This document shows positions 9,253-17,915 of a stretch of 32,000 nucleotides of DNA, one piece after another. A model generated the notes under the pieces. That model was not told where the DNA came from and searched no databases. It worked only from the letters and a program-made list of their open reading frames with translations. Each line of letters opens with the position of its first letter. Positions within the stretch are counted from its first letter, which is position 1. The position numbers and the translations under genes were made by a program. The stretch is from Candidatus Saccharimonadota bacterium (GTDB taxonomy: Archaea; Nanobdellota; Nanobdellia; Pacearchaeales; GW2011-AR1): positions 450,001 to 482,000 of the forward strand of contig JAFCEL010000001.1 in assembly GCA_017609205.1 (NCBI GenBank), read 5' to 3'.

Positions 9253-10640
9253 ATTTTCTTAAATAGAATTTTTGATTTTTTAATCTTTTCTGCACTGAAG
9301 TGATGTTTAATCTTTTCTGCACTTTCTGGAATAAATGGCCAGAGCAATTCAGAAATTTTCAAAATCGATTCTTTTAATTCATAAAGAGCTTTTTTATCCT
9401 TGGTTTCCCAGATTTTTTTACTTTGAACATATTCGTTGCATATGTCAATGAAACCAAAGATTTCGTTTAATACCTTATCGAACTCATAGTTATCAAAGAG
9501 AATTTCAATTTTTTTTAGATTCAGCTTTTTTAAGAGGGAATTATCTGTTTTATCTATACCATGTCTTTCAATTAGAGCAGAAACTCTTGAGACGAGATTC
9601 CCTAATTTGTCTGCGAGTTCGTTATTATGTCTTTCAATTAAAGCTTTTTCTGAGAAATCGCCGTCTTTACCAAAAGAAGTTTCTCTAAATAAGAAATACC
9701 TTGCTGAGTCAACCCCTGCGATTGCTATCAATTCATCAATGTTGATAACTTTCCCTCGTGACTTTGAAATTTTCTCCTTATTGAAAGTCCACCAACCATG
9801 CGCAAAAATTTTTTTTGGTAAATCAATTCCTGCGGATAATAAAAATGCAGGCCAGTAAACTGCATGAAACCATAAGATGTCTTTTCCAATAAAATGTATG
9901 TCTGTTGGCCAGAATTCTTCTTTTCCCTTTTCTCTAGTAGCGCTATAATAATTGAACAAAGCATCAAACCACACATAACAAACATGTTCTTTGTCAAAAG
10001 GTAAAGGAATTCCCCAATCAAAGCTAGTCCTTGATATACTCAAATCTTTCAACCCTTCCTTGACTCTGTTAATGATTTCTTTTCTTTTGTCTTTTGGGAG
10101 AATAAAATCAGGATTTTTTTTATAGAGGTCTAAGAGCTTATCTTGGTATTTGGAAAGCCTAAAAAAATAACTCTTTTCTTTTAGTTTTTCGATTTTAGTT
10201 TTATGAACAGGACAACACCCTTCTTCTAGATCTTTTTCTGTATAATATGCTTCACAGGCAGTACAATAAAAACCTTCGTATTCTCCTTTGTAGATATCCC
10301 CCTTATTATAAACTTTTTTTAAGATATCTATAACAACTTCTTCATGGTCTTTGTCTGTTGTTCTAATAAACCTGTCGTAATCAATATTTAATTTTTTCCA
10401 AGCTTCTTTAAATTTAAGAGTCAGATTGTCTGTGAATTCTTTTGGGTTTTTGTTTTCCTTTTCTGCTGCTTGAGCAATTTTTTTCCCATGATCATCTGTT
10501 CCTGTAAGGAAAAATACTCTCTTGCCTCTTAGCCTATTCCATCTTGCTGATATGTCTGCAGCTAGTGTTGTATATGCATGGCCAATATGAGGTATATCAT
10601 TTGGGTAGTATATTGGTGTTGTGATGTAAAACTTCTCCAT
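9249..10640 (-). CDS. metG: Methionyl-tRNA synthetase, catalytic and anticodon-binding chain
   Basis: HIGH motif (PHIGHAYT), KMSKS motif (KISKSRG), Cys-rich connective-peptide knuckle (CTACEAYY...CCPVH). 463 aa, lacking the C-terminal tRNA-binding domain that is encoded by the next gene. Confidence 0.92.
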   Translation of the reverse strand: MEKFYITTPIYYPNDIPHIGHAYTTLAADISARWNRLRGKRVFFLTGTDDHGKKIAQAAEKENKNPKEFTDNLTLKFKEAWKKLNIDYDRFIRTTDKDHEEVVIDILKKVYNKGDIYKGEYEGFYCTACEAYYTEKDLEEGCCPVHKTKIEKLKEKSYFFRLSKYQDKLLDLYKKNPDFILPKDKRKEIINRVKEGLKDLSISRTSFDWGIPLPFDKEHVCYVWFDALFNYYSATREKGKEEFWPTDIHFIGKDILWFHAVYWPAFLLSAGIDLPKKIFAHGWWTFNKEKISKSRGKVINIDELIAIAGVDSARYFLFRETSFGKDGDFSEKALIERHNNELADKLGNLVSRVSALIERHGIDKTDNSLLKKLNLKKIEILFDNYEFDKVLNEIFGFIDICNEYVQSKKIWETKDKKALYELKESILKISELLWPFIPESAEKIKHHFSAEKIKKSKILFKKI

Positions 10641-10691
10641 ATTTTTAGATAAAAATAATATTAATAAACTTAATCATTCTTAATACAAAAA

Positions 10692-10762
10692 GCGCCGTTA
10701 GTTTATTGGTAGAATTTTGGCTTCCCAAGCCAGAGGGGCGGGTTCGATTCCCGCACGGCGCA
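10692..10762 (+). tRNA. tRNA-Gly(CCC), no intron, no encoded CCA
   Basis: Hand-folded cloverleaf. Acceptor GCGCCGT/ACGGCGC, D arm GTTT-ATTGGTA-GAAT, anticodon arm TTGGC-TTCCCAA-GCCAG, T arm GCGGG-TTCGATT-CCCGC, discriminator A. Confidence 0.85.
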
Positions 10763-10827
10763 TAATGATTATTTTGCGTATTAATTCTTAGAATTATAAG
10801 GGGTTCTTTTTAGTTTGTGATTTTTAA

Positions 10828-11136
10828 TTATCTATAATCTCTTCTAATATGACTGCACTTTGTGCATTTAAAGAATTTTGTTTCTGCTTCATCACTTGCA
10901 CGGGTTTGGACTGTCCAGAAATATGCTTTTGTATTTCCGCATTTTTGACAATCACTATCAACTATTGGATAAATCTCTGAATCTTTTTCTTTGATAACAG
11001 GAATTTCTTTTTTTTCTTCAGTTTTCTCAGAGCTGATTAGCTTAATTTTCTCTTTTGTAGAGTAATTACATCTGGGGCATCCATAATTTTTGACTTTCAT
11101 TATAAGGATGGCACCACACTTGGGACAGAATTGCAT
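10828..11136 (-). CDS. tfs: Transcription factor S / RNA polymerase subunit M-like (TFIIS C-terminal zinc ribbon)
   Basis: The track start (11151) is a TTG. The ATG at 11136 gives MQFCPKCGAIL... N-terminal Zn ribbon CPKC...CPRC; C-terminal ribbon CQKCGN...QTRASDEAETKFFKCTKC, the TFIIS acidic-hairpin type. Confidence 0.85.
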   Translation of the reverse strand: MQFCPKCGAILIMKVKNYGCPRCNYSTKEKIKLISSEKTEEKKEIPVIKEKDSEIYPIVDSDCQKCGNTKAYFWTVQTRASDEAETKFFKCTKCSHIRRDYR

Positions 11137-11173
11137 TGTGTTTTTTATCAATTCCTCTTTTTAAACTTTTTGA

Positions 11174-11800
11174 TTAATTCTCTTTGCATAAACCTCTTTC
11201 TGAAGGAGGTCTTGTTAGCTCGAAAAAGATTAATTTACCCCATCCAAGGAAAGGAGTTATTTTGAAGATGGCTTTTCCTACTAATTGGTCTTCTCTTATT
11301 CTCTTTTCACTTTCTAATTGTCCCCAATTATTGTCTCCAATCGTCGAGAAAATATATTCTTCACCTTCCTTTTCTATTTTTATAACTCTATGTATCAAAG
11401 GGTTTTTTTTACCAGCATCAAAAATTATAATATCTCCGACCTTTATCTTTTCAGGATTTGCTTTTATAATGAATAAAATATCCCCTTTGTTAAATCCGCT
11501 TAGAAATTTGAAATTGGAAAATTCTTGCTTTTCTATTCCTAAACCATTATATTTCTTTTCGTGTCTTTCCCACCATGAGTTATAATTGGAAAATATATCT
11601 CCTTTATGATACATGCTGCATGACTCTACAATTGCCATTGGAAGAGAACTTCCTGTTACCAAACTTAATCCAGGGAGAAAAATCAGTTTTACGAATATAA
11701 AAAGAAAAATTATCGAGAAAAGCCATCCTTTTAGACTCTGGTCCTCCCATAAGAGATGCCAAAATTTTCTCCAATATCTCTTTATGTAATTCTTTTTCAT
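11174..11800 (-). CDS. Signal peptidase I, archaeal/eukaryotic Sec11 type (S26B)
   Basis: N-terminal TM. Catalytic Ser box VESCSMYH, His box PLIHRVI, conserved GDNN box (TIGDNNW). Confidence 0.8.
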   Translation of the reverse strand: MKKNYIKRYWRKFWHLLWEDQSLKGWLFSIIFLFIFVKLIFLPGLSLVTGSSLPMAIVESCSMYHKGDIFSNYNSWWERHEKKYNGLGIEKQEFSNFKFLSGFNKGDILFIIKANPEKIKVGDIIIFDAGKKNPLIHRVIKIEKEGEEYIFSTIGDNNWGQLESEKRIREDQLVGKAIFKITPFLGWGKLIFFELTRPPSERGLCKEN

Positions 11801-11891
11801 GAAGTGCTTAATTATTGAGGGTATTTAAGATTTTTCAGTAGCGTGGCTCTGGATTTAGATTCTCAAAGTGAATCGCATCCTTAATGTGCTT

Positions 11892-12050
11892 TCATTTCCA
11901 GATGAGATGTATAATTGTTGCTGCAACAGTACCAACAATAAGTGCTGCTAATATTTTTTCTACTATTCCTAAATTTATTATTCCTGATATGCCTCCTGCT
12001 AGTGCACCGACAACGCCTCCTATGACAGCACTTTTTTTATTAAATTTCAT
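11892..12050 (-). CDS. Small glycine-zipper membrane protein (52 aa), absent from the ORF track
   Basis: Hand translation of the minus strand: MKFNKKSAVIGGVVGALAGGISGIINLGIVEKILAALIVGTVAATIIHLIWK. This reads like a GxxxG-rich transmembrane peptide. The 60-aa plus-strand ORF over the same DNA (11884..12066) looks like antisense noise. Confidence 0.4.
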   Translation of the reverse strand: MKFNKKSAVIGGVVGALAGGISGIINLGIVEKILAALIVGTVAATIIHLIWK

Positions 12051-12181
12051 AGTTTTTAACCTCTAATTATGACTTAAGTTGATTTATATTTATAATTCTT
12101 GTGACTGGAGTCGATTGAGCATAATGTATGGGCTTTTATTATTGCTTAATTATTATATTTGTGCAAGCCGCTATAAGCGAA

Positions 12182-12192
12182 ATATTTATATA
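12182..12192 (+). promoter_or_regulatory. Candidate TATA box ATATTTATATA, about 28 nt upstream of the ATG at 12215
   Basis: TATA-like element, immediately followed by the GTGTATAT direct repeats. Confidence 0.3.
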
Positions 12193-12211
12193 GTGTATAT
12201 TGCGTGTATAT
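12193..12211 (+). promoter_or_regulatory. Direct repeat GTGTATAT-TGC-GTGTATAT between the candidate TATA box and the start codon of the AbrB-like gene
   Basis: Two identical 8-mers with an 11-nt period (12193-12200 and 12204-12211), ending 4 nt before the ATG. Confidence 0.35.
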
Positions 12212-12214
12212 ACA

Positions 12215-12568
12215 ATGGCGGATATATTTGATAATACTATCTTATGCAAAAAATGCAATAAGAAGATGAATTCTGCAAATATAGAAAAGAATGGTTTTTT
12301 ATTAAGAGCAGTTGTATGTCCGAAATGTAATTCAAAAATAGTTCACCCCCTTGATGAAGAGAGATATAGTCGTTTTATGAGTTTGAAGAATAAAGAATTT
12401 AAAGTAAAGATGCGTCTTGTTGGAAATAGTTATGCTGTTTCAATTCCAAAAGAGATAGTGTCTTTTATGAATGCACAAAAGAAGATGATGGATGATATGG
12501 TGAGATTATGTTTTGAAGACCTTGGAAGATTGAGTTTAAATTTTATGGAGATGAAGAAGGTAAAATGA
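12215..12568 (+). CDS. Zn-ribbon + AbrB/SpoVT-like (swapped-hairpin) domain protein
   Basis: The track start (12200) is a TTG; the first ATG is at 12215 (MADIFDN...). CKKC...CPKC zinc ribbon followed by [21 protein letters not shown], an AbrB/MazE-type signature. The stop overlaps the Cdc48 ATG (ATGA at 12565-12568). Confidence 0.65.
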   Translation: MADIFDNTILCKKCNKKMNSANIEKNGFLLRAVVCPKCNSKIVHPLDEERYSRFMSLKNKEFKVKMRLVGNSYAVSIPKEIVSFMNAQKKMMDDMVRLCFEDLGRLSLNFMEMKKVK

Positions 12569-14853
12569 AGGATAAGAAAATAAGGTTAAAAGTTGTTGAG
12601 GCACAACAGGATGATGCTTACAAAGGTATTGCTAGAATTGATAATAGGGTTATGAGGGAATTAGGTATCAAGAGGGGAGATGCTATTTTGATTAAAGGAA
12701 ATCGTGAGACAGTTGCAATTGCAGATAGAGCTTATCCTGCTGATGTTGGAGAAGGAATAATAAGAATAGACGGGATTACAAGAAGAAATGCAAAAGCCGG
12801 AATTGGGGATGTTGTAACTGTGGAAAAGGCAAATATTAAGGAAGCAAGGAAAGTTACAATTGCACCAGTTCAGAAAGGAATTATGGTGCAGGGGGACCCC
12901 GTAGGATTAAGAAACGGTTTGTTGGGAAGGACTCTTGTTAGAGGGGATGTTGTTGTTCTTGGAGGTGTGCAAAGAAGGAGAGATATAATGTCTGATTTTG
13001 GTGATTTAGATGATATTTTTGGTGATTTGTTTGGAGGAATGGGTTTTGGGAATCTTGGCGGAGGAGTTACACAGATAAGGTTTGTAGTAGTTTCTTCAAA
13101 TCCTTCTGGTCCTGTCCAGATTACTGAGAATACAGATGTTGTTCTTAATCCAAAAGCAGTTGATGTTAGTGAAGATAAAATCCCTGAAATTACTTATGAA
13201 GATATTGGAGGATTGTCTGAGGAAATCAAGAAAATTCGTGAGATGGTTGAGATTCCTTTGAAGCATCCGGAGATATTTCAGAAGTTGGGAATAGAACCTC
13301 CAAAAGGAGTTTTACTTCATGGTCCTCCTGGAACAGGTAAGACACTTTTAGCAAAAGCAGTTGCGAATGAATCAGAGGCAAATTTCATTCTATTAAATGG
13401 TCCTGAGATAATGTCTAAATTTTATGGAGAGTCAGAAAAGAAAATTCGTGATGTTTTTGAAGATGCAGAAAAGAATGCTCCTTCTATTATTTTTATCGAC
13501 GAGATTGATTCAATTGCCCCTAAAAGAGAAGATGTTGGAGGGGAGGTTGAGAGGAGGGTTGTGTCACAGATTCTTACAATGATGGATGGCTTGAAAGCAA
13601 GAGGAAAAGTGATTGTTATTGGTGCGACAAATCGTGTTAATGCTCTTGATCCTGCATTAAGAAGACCAGGGAGATTTGATAGAGAGGTTTCCATTAATGT
13701 TCCTGATAAGCAAGGGAGAAGAACAATATTGGGAATTCATACAAGGGGAATGCCTCTAAAGAATGTGAATCTTGATGAAATTGCTGGATTAACACATGGT
13801 TTTGTCGGTGCTGATTTAGAATCTCTTGCTAAGGAAGCTGCGATGAATGTTTTGAGAAAATATCTTCCTCATATGAAGCTTGATGAGAGCGAGCAAATTC
13901 CTCATGATGTTTTAGAAAAGCTTGTGATAAGACATAGTGATTTTTTAGATGCTTTGAAAGTTGTTAGACCTTCTGCAATGAGGGAAGTTCTTGTTGAAAC
14001 ACCTAATGTTAGTTGGGATGATGTAGGAGGTTTAAATGATATTAAACAGGATTTGAAAGAAGCAGTTGAATGGCCTTTGAAAAATCCCGAGTGTTTTAAG
14101 AGAATGGGTATTCGTCCTTCAAGAGGAATTTTGCTTTACGGTCCTCCTGGAACAGGTAAGACACTTTTAGCAAAAGCAGTAGCTAAAGAATCAGAGGCAA
14201 ATTTCATTCAGATTAAAGGACCTTCATTGTTGAGTATGTGGGTTGGAAAGTCAGAGGAGGGTGTGAGGAAGATTTTTGAAAGAGCAAGACAGGTGGCACC
14301 TTGCATAATCTTTTTTGATGAAATTGATTCTCTTGGAGGTAAGAGAGGAGTAGAGACAGGGACTAAAGTTACAGAGAGAGTTTTGAATCAGATACTCGCT
14401 GAGATGGATGGACTTGAAGATTTGAATGATATTTTAATCATTGGAGCAACTAATCGTCCTGATATGCTCGATTCTGCTTTGTTAAGGCCTGGGAGATTTG
14501 ATAAGATACTTTTAGTTAATACTCCAACTGAAGAAGGCAGAAGAAGGATTCTGGAAGTTCACACAAAGAACATGCCTCTTGCTAAAGGAATTAATCTTGC
14601 AGATTTGGCTAAAAAGACTAATGGTTATACTGGGGCTGACTTAGAAGCACTTACAAGAGAAGCTGCAATGCTTGCTTTGAGAGAAGATATGAATTGTAAA
14701 GAAGTCAAGAAAAAACATTTTGATGAGGCATTGAAGAAAATTAAACCAAGTGTGACAAAACAGACAATTGATGTCTACAAAAAAATAGAGGAGAGCTTTT
14801 TGAAATCAGCGAAAGCAGCACTTCCTACAGGGGGAAATAGTTATTTTGGGTAG
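12565..14853 (+). CDS. cdc48: Cdc48/VAT/p97-type double-ring AAA+ ATPase
   Basis: 762 aa. N domain ([17 protein letters not shown]...). Two AAA modules, each with Walker [15 protein letters not shown], Walker [10 protein letters not shown] / IIFFDEIDS, and second region of homology GATNR...ALRRPGRFD. Confidence 0.93.
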   Translation: MKDKKIRLKVVEAQQDDAYKGIARIDNRVMRELGIKRGDAILIKGNRETVAIADRAYPADVGEGIIRIDGITRRNAKAGIGDVVTVEKANIKEARKVTIAPVQKGIMVQGDPVGLRNGLLGRTLVRGDVVVLGGVQRRRDIMSDFGDLDDIFGDLFGGMGFGNLGGGVTQIRFVVVSSNPSGPVQITENTDVVLNPKAVDVSEDKIPEITYEDIGGLSEEIKKIREMVEIPLKHPEIFQKLGIEPPKGVLLHGPPGTGKTLLAKAVANESEANFILLNGPEIMSKFYGESEKKIRDVFEDAEKNAPSIIFIDEIDSIAPKREDVGGEVERRVVSQILTMMDGLKARGKVIVIGATNRVNALDPALRRPGRFDREVSINVPDKQGRRTILGIHTRGMPLKNVNLDEIAGLTHGFVGADLESLAKEAAMNVLRKYLPHMKLDESEQIPHDVLEKLVIRHSDFLDALKVVRPSAMREVLVETPNVSWDDVGGLNDIKQDLKEAVEWPLKNPECFKRMGIRPSRGILLYGPPGTGKTLLAKAVAKESEANFIQIKGPSLLSMWVGKSEEGVRKIFERARQVAPCIIFFDEIDSLGGKRGVETGTKVTERVLNQILAEMDGLEDLNDILIIGATNRPDMLDSALLRPGRFDKILLVNTPTEEGRRRILEVHTKNMPLAKGINLADLAKKTNGYTGADLEALTREAAMLALREDMNCKEVKKKHFDEALKKIKPSVTKQTIDVYKKIEESFLKSAKAALPTGGNSYFG
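13321..13390 (+). repeat. Intragenic nucleotide repeat, copy 1 (Cdc48 D1 Walker A region)
   Basis: 67 of 70 nt are identical to 14140-14209, including a 41-nt run and a 20-nt run with no mismatch. See findings. Confidence 0.9.
14140..14209 (+). repeat. Intragenic nucleotide repeat, copy 2 (Cdc48 D2 Walker A region)
   Basis: Counterpart of 13321-13390, offset by 819 nt (273 codons). Confidence 0.9.
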
Positions 14854-14877
14854 TAAACAAACAATTTATGAGGGTTT

Positions 14878-15261
14878 ATGAAAGGAAAAATCTATATTGC
14901 AGAAGATAATGAGGGGATAAGAAAACTTCTTGGTGAGCTTTTCTCAACTTTTCTTCCAGAATACTCTATAGAGCTATTTTCAGATGGTTTAACCCTTCAA
15001 TCCAGATTAGAAAGTTCTTTAGGAAATTCAGAAGATTATCCTAAGTTAATTATTACTGATAATAATGTTCCTCAGAGGGATTTAGGGTTGAAATTAGCAA
15101 AACAATATTCTTCAGAGGCAGGTATACCAGTAATAATAATGTCTAGCTCTTCTATTGAGAAAGAGTCAAAAGATGCAGGGGCATATGGTTTTATTCAGAA
15201 GCCATTTAAGATTTTTCAATTTGTCGAATTAGCAGAAACTGCTTTGAGTTCTAAAGGGTAG
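14878..15261 (+). CDS. Stand-alone CheY-like response-regulator receiver domain
   Basis: 127 aa. Acidic pocket AEDNE, putative phospho-acceptor in LIITDNNVP, Ser/Thr position in IIMSSSS, conserved Lys-Pro in IQKPF. GAGG-like SD 4-8 nt upstream of the ATG. Lies 24 nt downstream of cdc48. Confidence 0.75.
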   Translation: MKGKIYIAEDNEGIRKLLGELFSTFLPEYSIELFSDGLTLQSRLESSLGNSEDYPKLIITDNNVPQRDLGLKLAKQYSSEAGIPVIIMSSSSIEKESKDAGAYGFIQKPFKIFQFVELAETALSSKG

Positions 15262-16129
15262 TTACTTTTGTGCCTTCTTGGTCAAGTAGTAATGTATGCT
15301 CTGCTTGTGATACTTTTGAACCTTTTTTTTCTATAAGTTGAGCAAAATTATGCAAGTTTCCGTTTTCTTCTAATTGTTTTAGTGCAAATAATGCGCGAGT
15401 TCCAAATTTTTTAACAATCCACCTTGAGCAGAAGGGAAGTGTGTGATAGTTTTCAATAATATATCTTAGAATTTCACGAGCAGTTGGGTTGCGGATATTT
15501 TTCTCAGAAGTAATAACATAAATCTCAGATGGTTTTCCGTCGTGAACTTTGCCAGAACCTGTTGTTGCGAATGGCTCAATTGCATACAGGCCTTTTTCTA
15601 ATGTATTATTTAATTTATTCCCTATATTAGGGATTGTTATCCCTGCATGCAGATTGTATTTCCCTATTGAATGTCCTGATAAGTTTATTATTGGAGAAAA
15701 ACCAAAATTTTCAATTGTATTTTGAATAGTAGTTCCAATTTTATTAAGGTTTGTTCCTTGTTTGAAGGCTTCTATAGCATTCTTTAATGCTTGTTCAGAT
15801 GCTTGAATTAGTTTTTTGTTTTCGTCTGAGTTTTCTAAATCGATTGAAAAGGCATGATCAGAAATCCATCCATCTACGTGAACACCAAAGTCAATCTTCA
15901 GCAAGCCATGTGCTTTTGTTTCATCATTGTGTGAAGGTGTAAAATGTGCAGCAATTTCATTTATGCTAAGATTAACAGGAAATGCTGGTTTGCCCCCAAG
16001 TTCAATGATTTTGTTCTCAATCTTTTCTGCGATATCTAAGAGAGGAACACCTTTTTTTAACTGAGGTTTGATATACTCTCTTACCTGTGATGCAATTTTT
16101 CCTGCAAGAATAACTTTTTGTCTTTCCAT
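15251..16129 (-). CDS. map: Methionine aminopeptidase, type 2 (archaeal)
   Basis: 292 aa. Pita-bread fold metal ligands in the expected order (AAHFTP, DFGVHVDGWISD, GHSIG, AIEPFAT, AQAEHTLL). Confidence 0.9.
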   Translation of the reverse strand: MERQKVILAGKIASQVREYIKPQLKKGVPLLDIAEKIENKIIELGGKPAFPVNLSINEIAAHFTPSHNDETKAHGLLKIDFGVHVDGWISDHAFSIDLENSDENKKLIQASEQALKNAIEAFKQGTNLNKIGTTIQNTIENFGFSPIINLSGHSIGKYNLHAGITIPNIGNKLNNTLEKGLYAIEPFATTGSGKVHDGKPSEIYVITSEKNIRNPTAREILRYIIENYHTLPFCSRWIVKKFGTRALFALKQLEENGNLHNFAQLIEKKGSKVSQAEHTLLLDQEGTKVTTL

Positions 16130-16252
16130 AGAACAAGATATATTAGTTGTTTTATAAAATTTTATAGGTTTTTTCTTGATTATAATTAGTTTTTGGAGAG
16201 CTCTTATTAAGGATATTCATAACTTTTATAAGTTCTTTTGATATTGAGAAAT

Positions 16253-16438
16253 ATGGGAAGAATATGGTTTTTTTGGATTCTGATAGGGATAATATTCTGT
16301 GTTGGAGTTTTTCTTTTATCAGCCGGGATGACAGGTTTGGTTATTTTAAATATGGGTAATCCTGTATTTTCTTTTATTGGGCCTATTCTTTTACTTTTTG
16401 CATTGATAATAGTCTTTTTTTTAATCAAGAAGTTTTAA
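16253..16438 (+). CDS. Small two-TM membrane protein
   Basis: From the first ATG: MGRIWFFWILIGIIFCVGVFLLSAGMTGLVILNMGNPVFSFIGPILLLFALIIVFFLIKKF. Two clean hydrophobic spans. The overlapping minus-strand 73-aa ORF has no protein-like character. Confidence 0.4.
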   Translation: MGRIWFFWILIGIIFCVGVFLLSAGMTGLVILNMGNPVFSFIGPILLLFALIIVFFLIKKF

Positions 16439-16938
16439 TGAATCTTGTTTGGTTCTTTATTGATATTCTTTTCTTTTAATCTTCTATTCTTTGGTATAAA
16501 GTTTGTAATTTTTTCTTCACTTGCTTTGCCACATCCTAAGAAATCATTTTTGTATTTCATTATCATGAATCCTTTTTTTGGGATTTTAATATTTAATTCG
16601 TTTCCTTTCATCCATAAATCAAATTGCTCGTCGTTAAGTTCAAATATATTCTTTGTGATTTGGTTTTTTAACAATTGCACTCCCTCAATACTCAGACGCA
16701 TTTCACCTGCAATGAATTTTCCGAAGTAAATCCCAACTCTTTCTAGGGGGATTGTTCTCTCAAGTTCTTGTATTTCTTTCTCATTGAGGTTTCCTTGAAA
16801 TAAGAACAATCTTTCCTGTCCTCGCATAGAGATTATGCCTTTTACTTTTGTTATCCCGAATTGTTTATTAAGTTGCGAGATTATTCTTTCTTTTTCTTTT
16901 TGCGATATAATCTTCAAGCGCGGATTTCTAATAGTCAT
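16435..16938 (-). CDS. Nip7-like pre-PUA/PUA domain protein (UPF0113-like)
   Basis: 167 aa, the same size as archaeal Nip7. C-terminal PUA-like segment KGFMIMKYKNDFLGCGKASEEKITNFIPKNRRL. Its ATG overlaps the stop of the upstream NOL1/NOP2/Sun gene (ATGA at 16935-16938). The assignment is by recalled pattern only. Confidence 0.55.
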   Translation of the reverse strand: MTIRNPRLKIISQKEKERIISQLNKQFGITKVKGIISMRGQERLFLFQGNLNEKEIQELERTIPLERVGIYFGKFIAGEMRLSIEGVQLLKNQITKNIFELNDEQFDLWMKGNELNIKIPKKGFMIMKYKNDFLGCGKASEEKITNFIPKNRRLKEKNINKEPNKIH

Positions 16939-17915
16939 TTTATTTTTGTAAATTTCGCAATGAAAAATCCTTCGGTATTAGTGTCCTGTGGATATATTCT
17001 TGCGCATTTTTTTACTTCATTTGAAAATTCTTCGTTTTCCCAGGCAGTTATTCCTTCTCGGGATTTTATGGGAATATTTATTTTTTCTAATTTTATTTTA
17101 TTTTCAAACTCTTTTAGGATAGAGTCAACAACCCCTTCATTTTCCTCTGGTGCATGCGTGCAAGTTGAGTAAATCAGAGTTCCTTTTGGTTTTAAAATTT
17201 CTAATGCAGATGCAATCAGCGCTTTTTGTATTTTTGGGAGATTCTTTATGGTTTTTATGTTCCACATTTTGTACGTCTTTAATGAGCTTCGTAGAGTTCC
17301 TTCACCAGAACAAGGTGCGTCAACAAGAATCTTGTCCACTTTAATTTTGGGGGTGTATTTTGCTAATCTTTTGCAAAGAGCAATTCCGTCTTTTCTTGAG
17401 ATTATTGTGTTGACTGCCCCACATCTTTCTAAATTTGAAGCTAGAATTTTGAGTCGCCCCATTGAAACTTCATTTGCAATAATTGTTCCTGTTCCTCTCA
17501 TCTCCGAAGACAATTGTGTTGTTTTACTTCCTGGCGCAGCACATAAATCTAAGATAAATTCATTTTCTCTTGGTTCAAGTGCAATTACCGGTAACATGCT
17601 TGCGAGTTCTTGTATATAATAATACCCTAAGATATGTTCTACTGCTCTTCCAAGTTCACCAGGTTCTAGTTCACTTTCAATGATCATGGCTTCTGGATAT
17701 TTTTTCCAAGGTTGTTTAATCTTCCATCCTTTATCTTCTAGTTTTTTCTTTAACTCACTTGGAGATATTTTTATTTTATTACAGCGAATTGATTTTATGG
17801 GTGGTGTTTTGAGGGTATTTAGATAATTCTGAAAATCTTTTTTCTCTGGCAAAAGTTTTTTCATACGTTCTAAGAAAAGAGGTTTTGGTTCTGGAGTTTT
17901 TCTGGTTGATATCAT
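16935..17915 (-). CDS. NOL1/NOP2/Sun-family RNA cytosine-C5 methyltransferase
   Basis: SAM motif I DLCAAPGSKT, motif IV DAPCSGEG (catalytic Cys), motif VI IYSTCT (second Cys). 326 aa. The start overlaps the PolB stop by 4 nt. Confidence 0.88.
   Translation of the reverse strand: MISTRKTPEPKPLFLERMKKLLPEKKDFQNYLNTLKTPPIKSIRCNKIKISPSELKKKLEDKGWKIKQPWKKYPEAMIIESELEPGELGRAVEHILGYYYIQELASMLPVIALEPRENEFILDLCAAPGSKTTQLSSEMRGTGTIIANEVSMGRLKILASNLERCGAVNTIISRKDGIALCKRLAKYTPKIKVDKILVDAPCSGEGTLRSSLKTYKMWNIKTIKNLPKIQKALIASALEILKPKGTLIYSTCTHAPEENEGVVDSILKEFENKIKLEKINIPIKSREGITAWENEEFSNEVKKCARIYPQDTNTEGFFIAKFTKIK

Noticed and set aside
11884-12066. 60-aa plus-strand ORF (MCFHFQMRC...)
   Set aside because: It has a Pro/Thr/Ala-rich, antisense-looking composition. 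The opposite strand encodes a coherent 52-aa glycine-zipper membrane peptide with an ATG and its own upstream A/T-rich spacer.
16207-16428. 73-aa minus-strand ORF
   Set aside because: It is antisense to a clean two-TM small membrane protein. Its composition (K/I/P/T-rich with no structure pattern) is typical of a shadow ORF.
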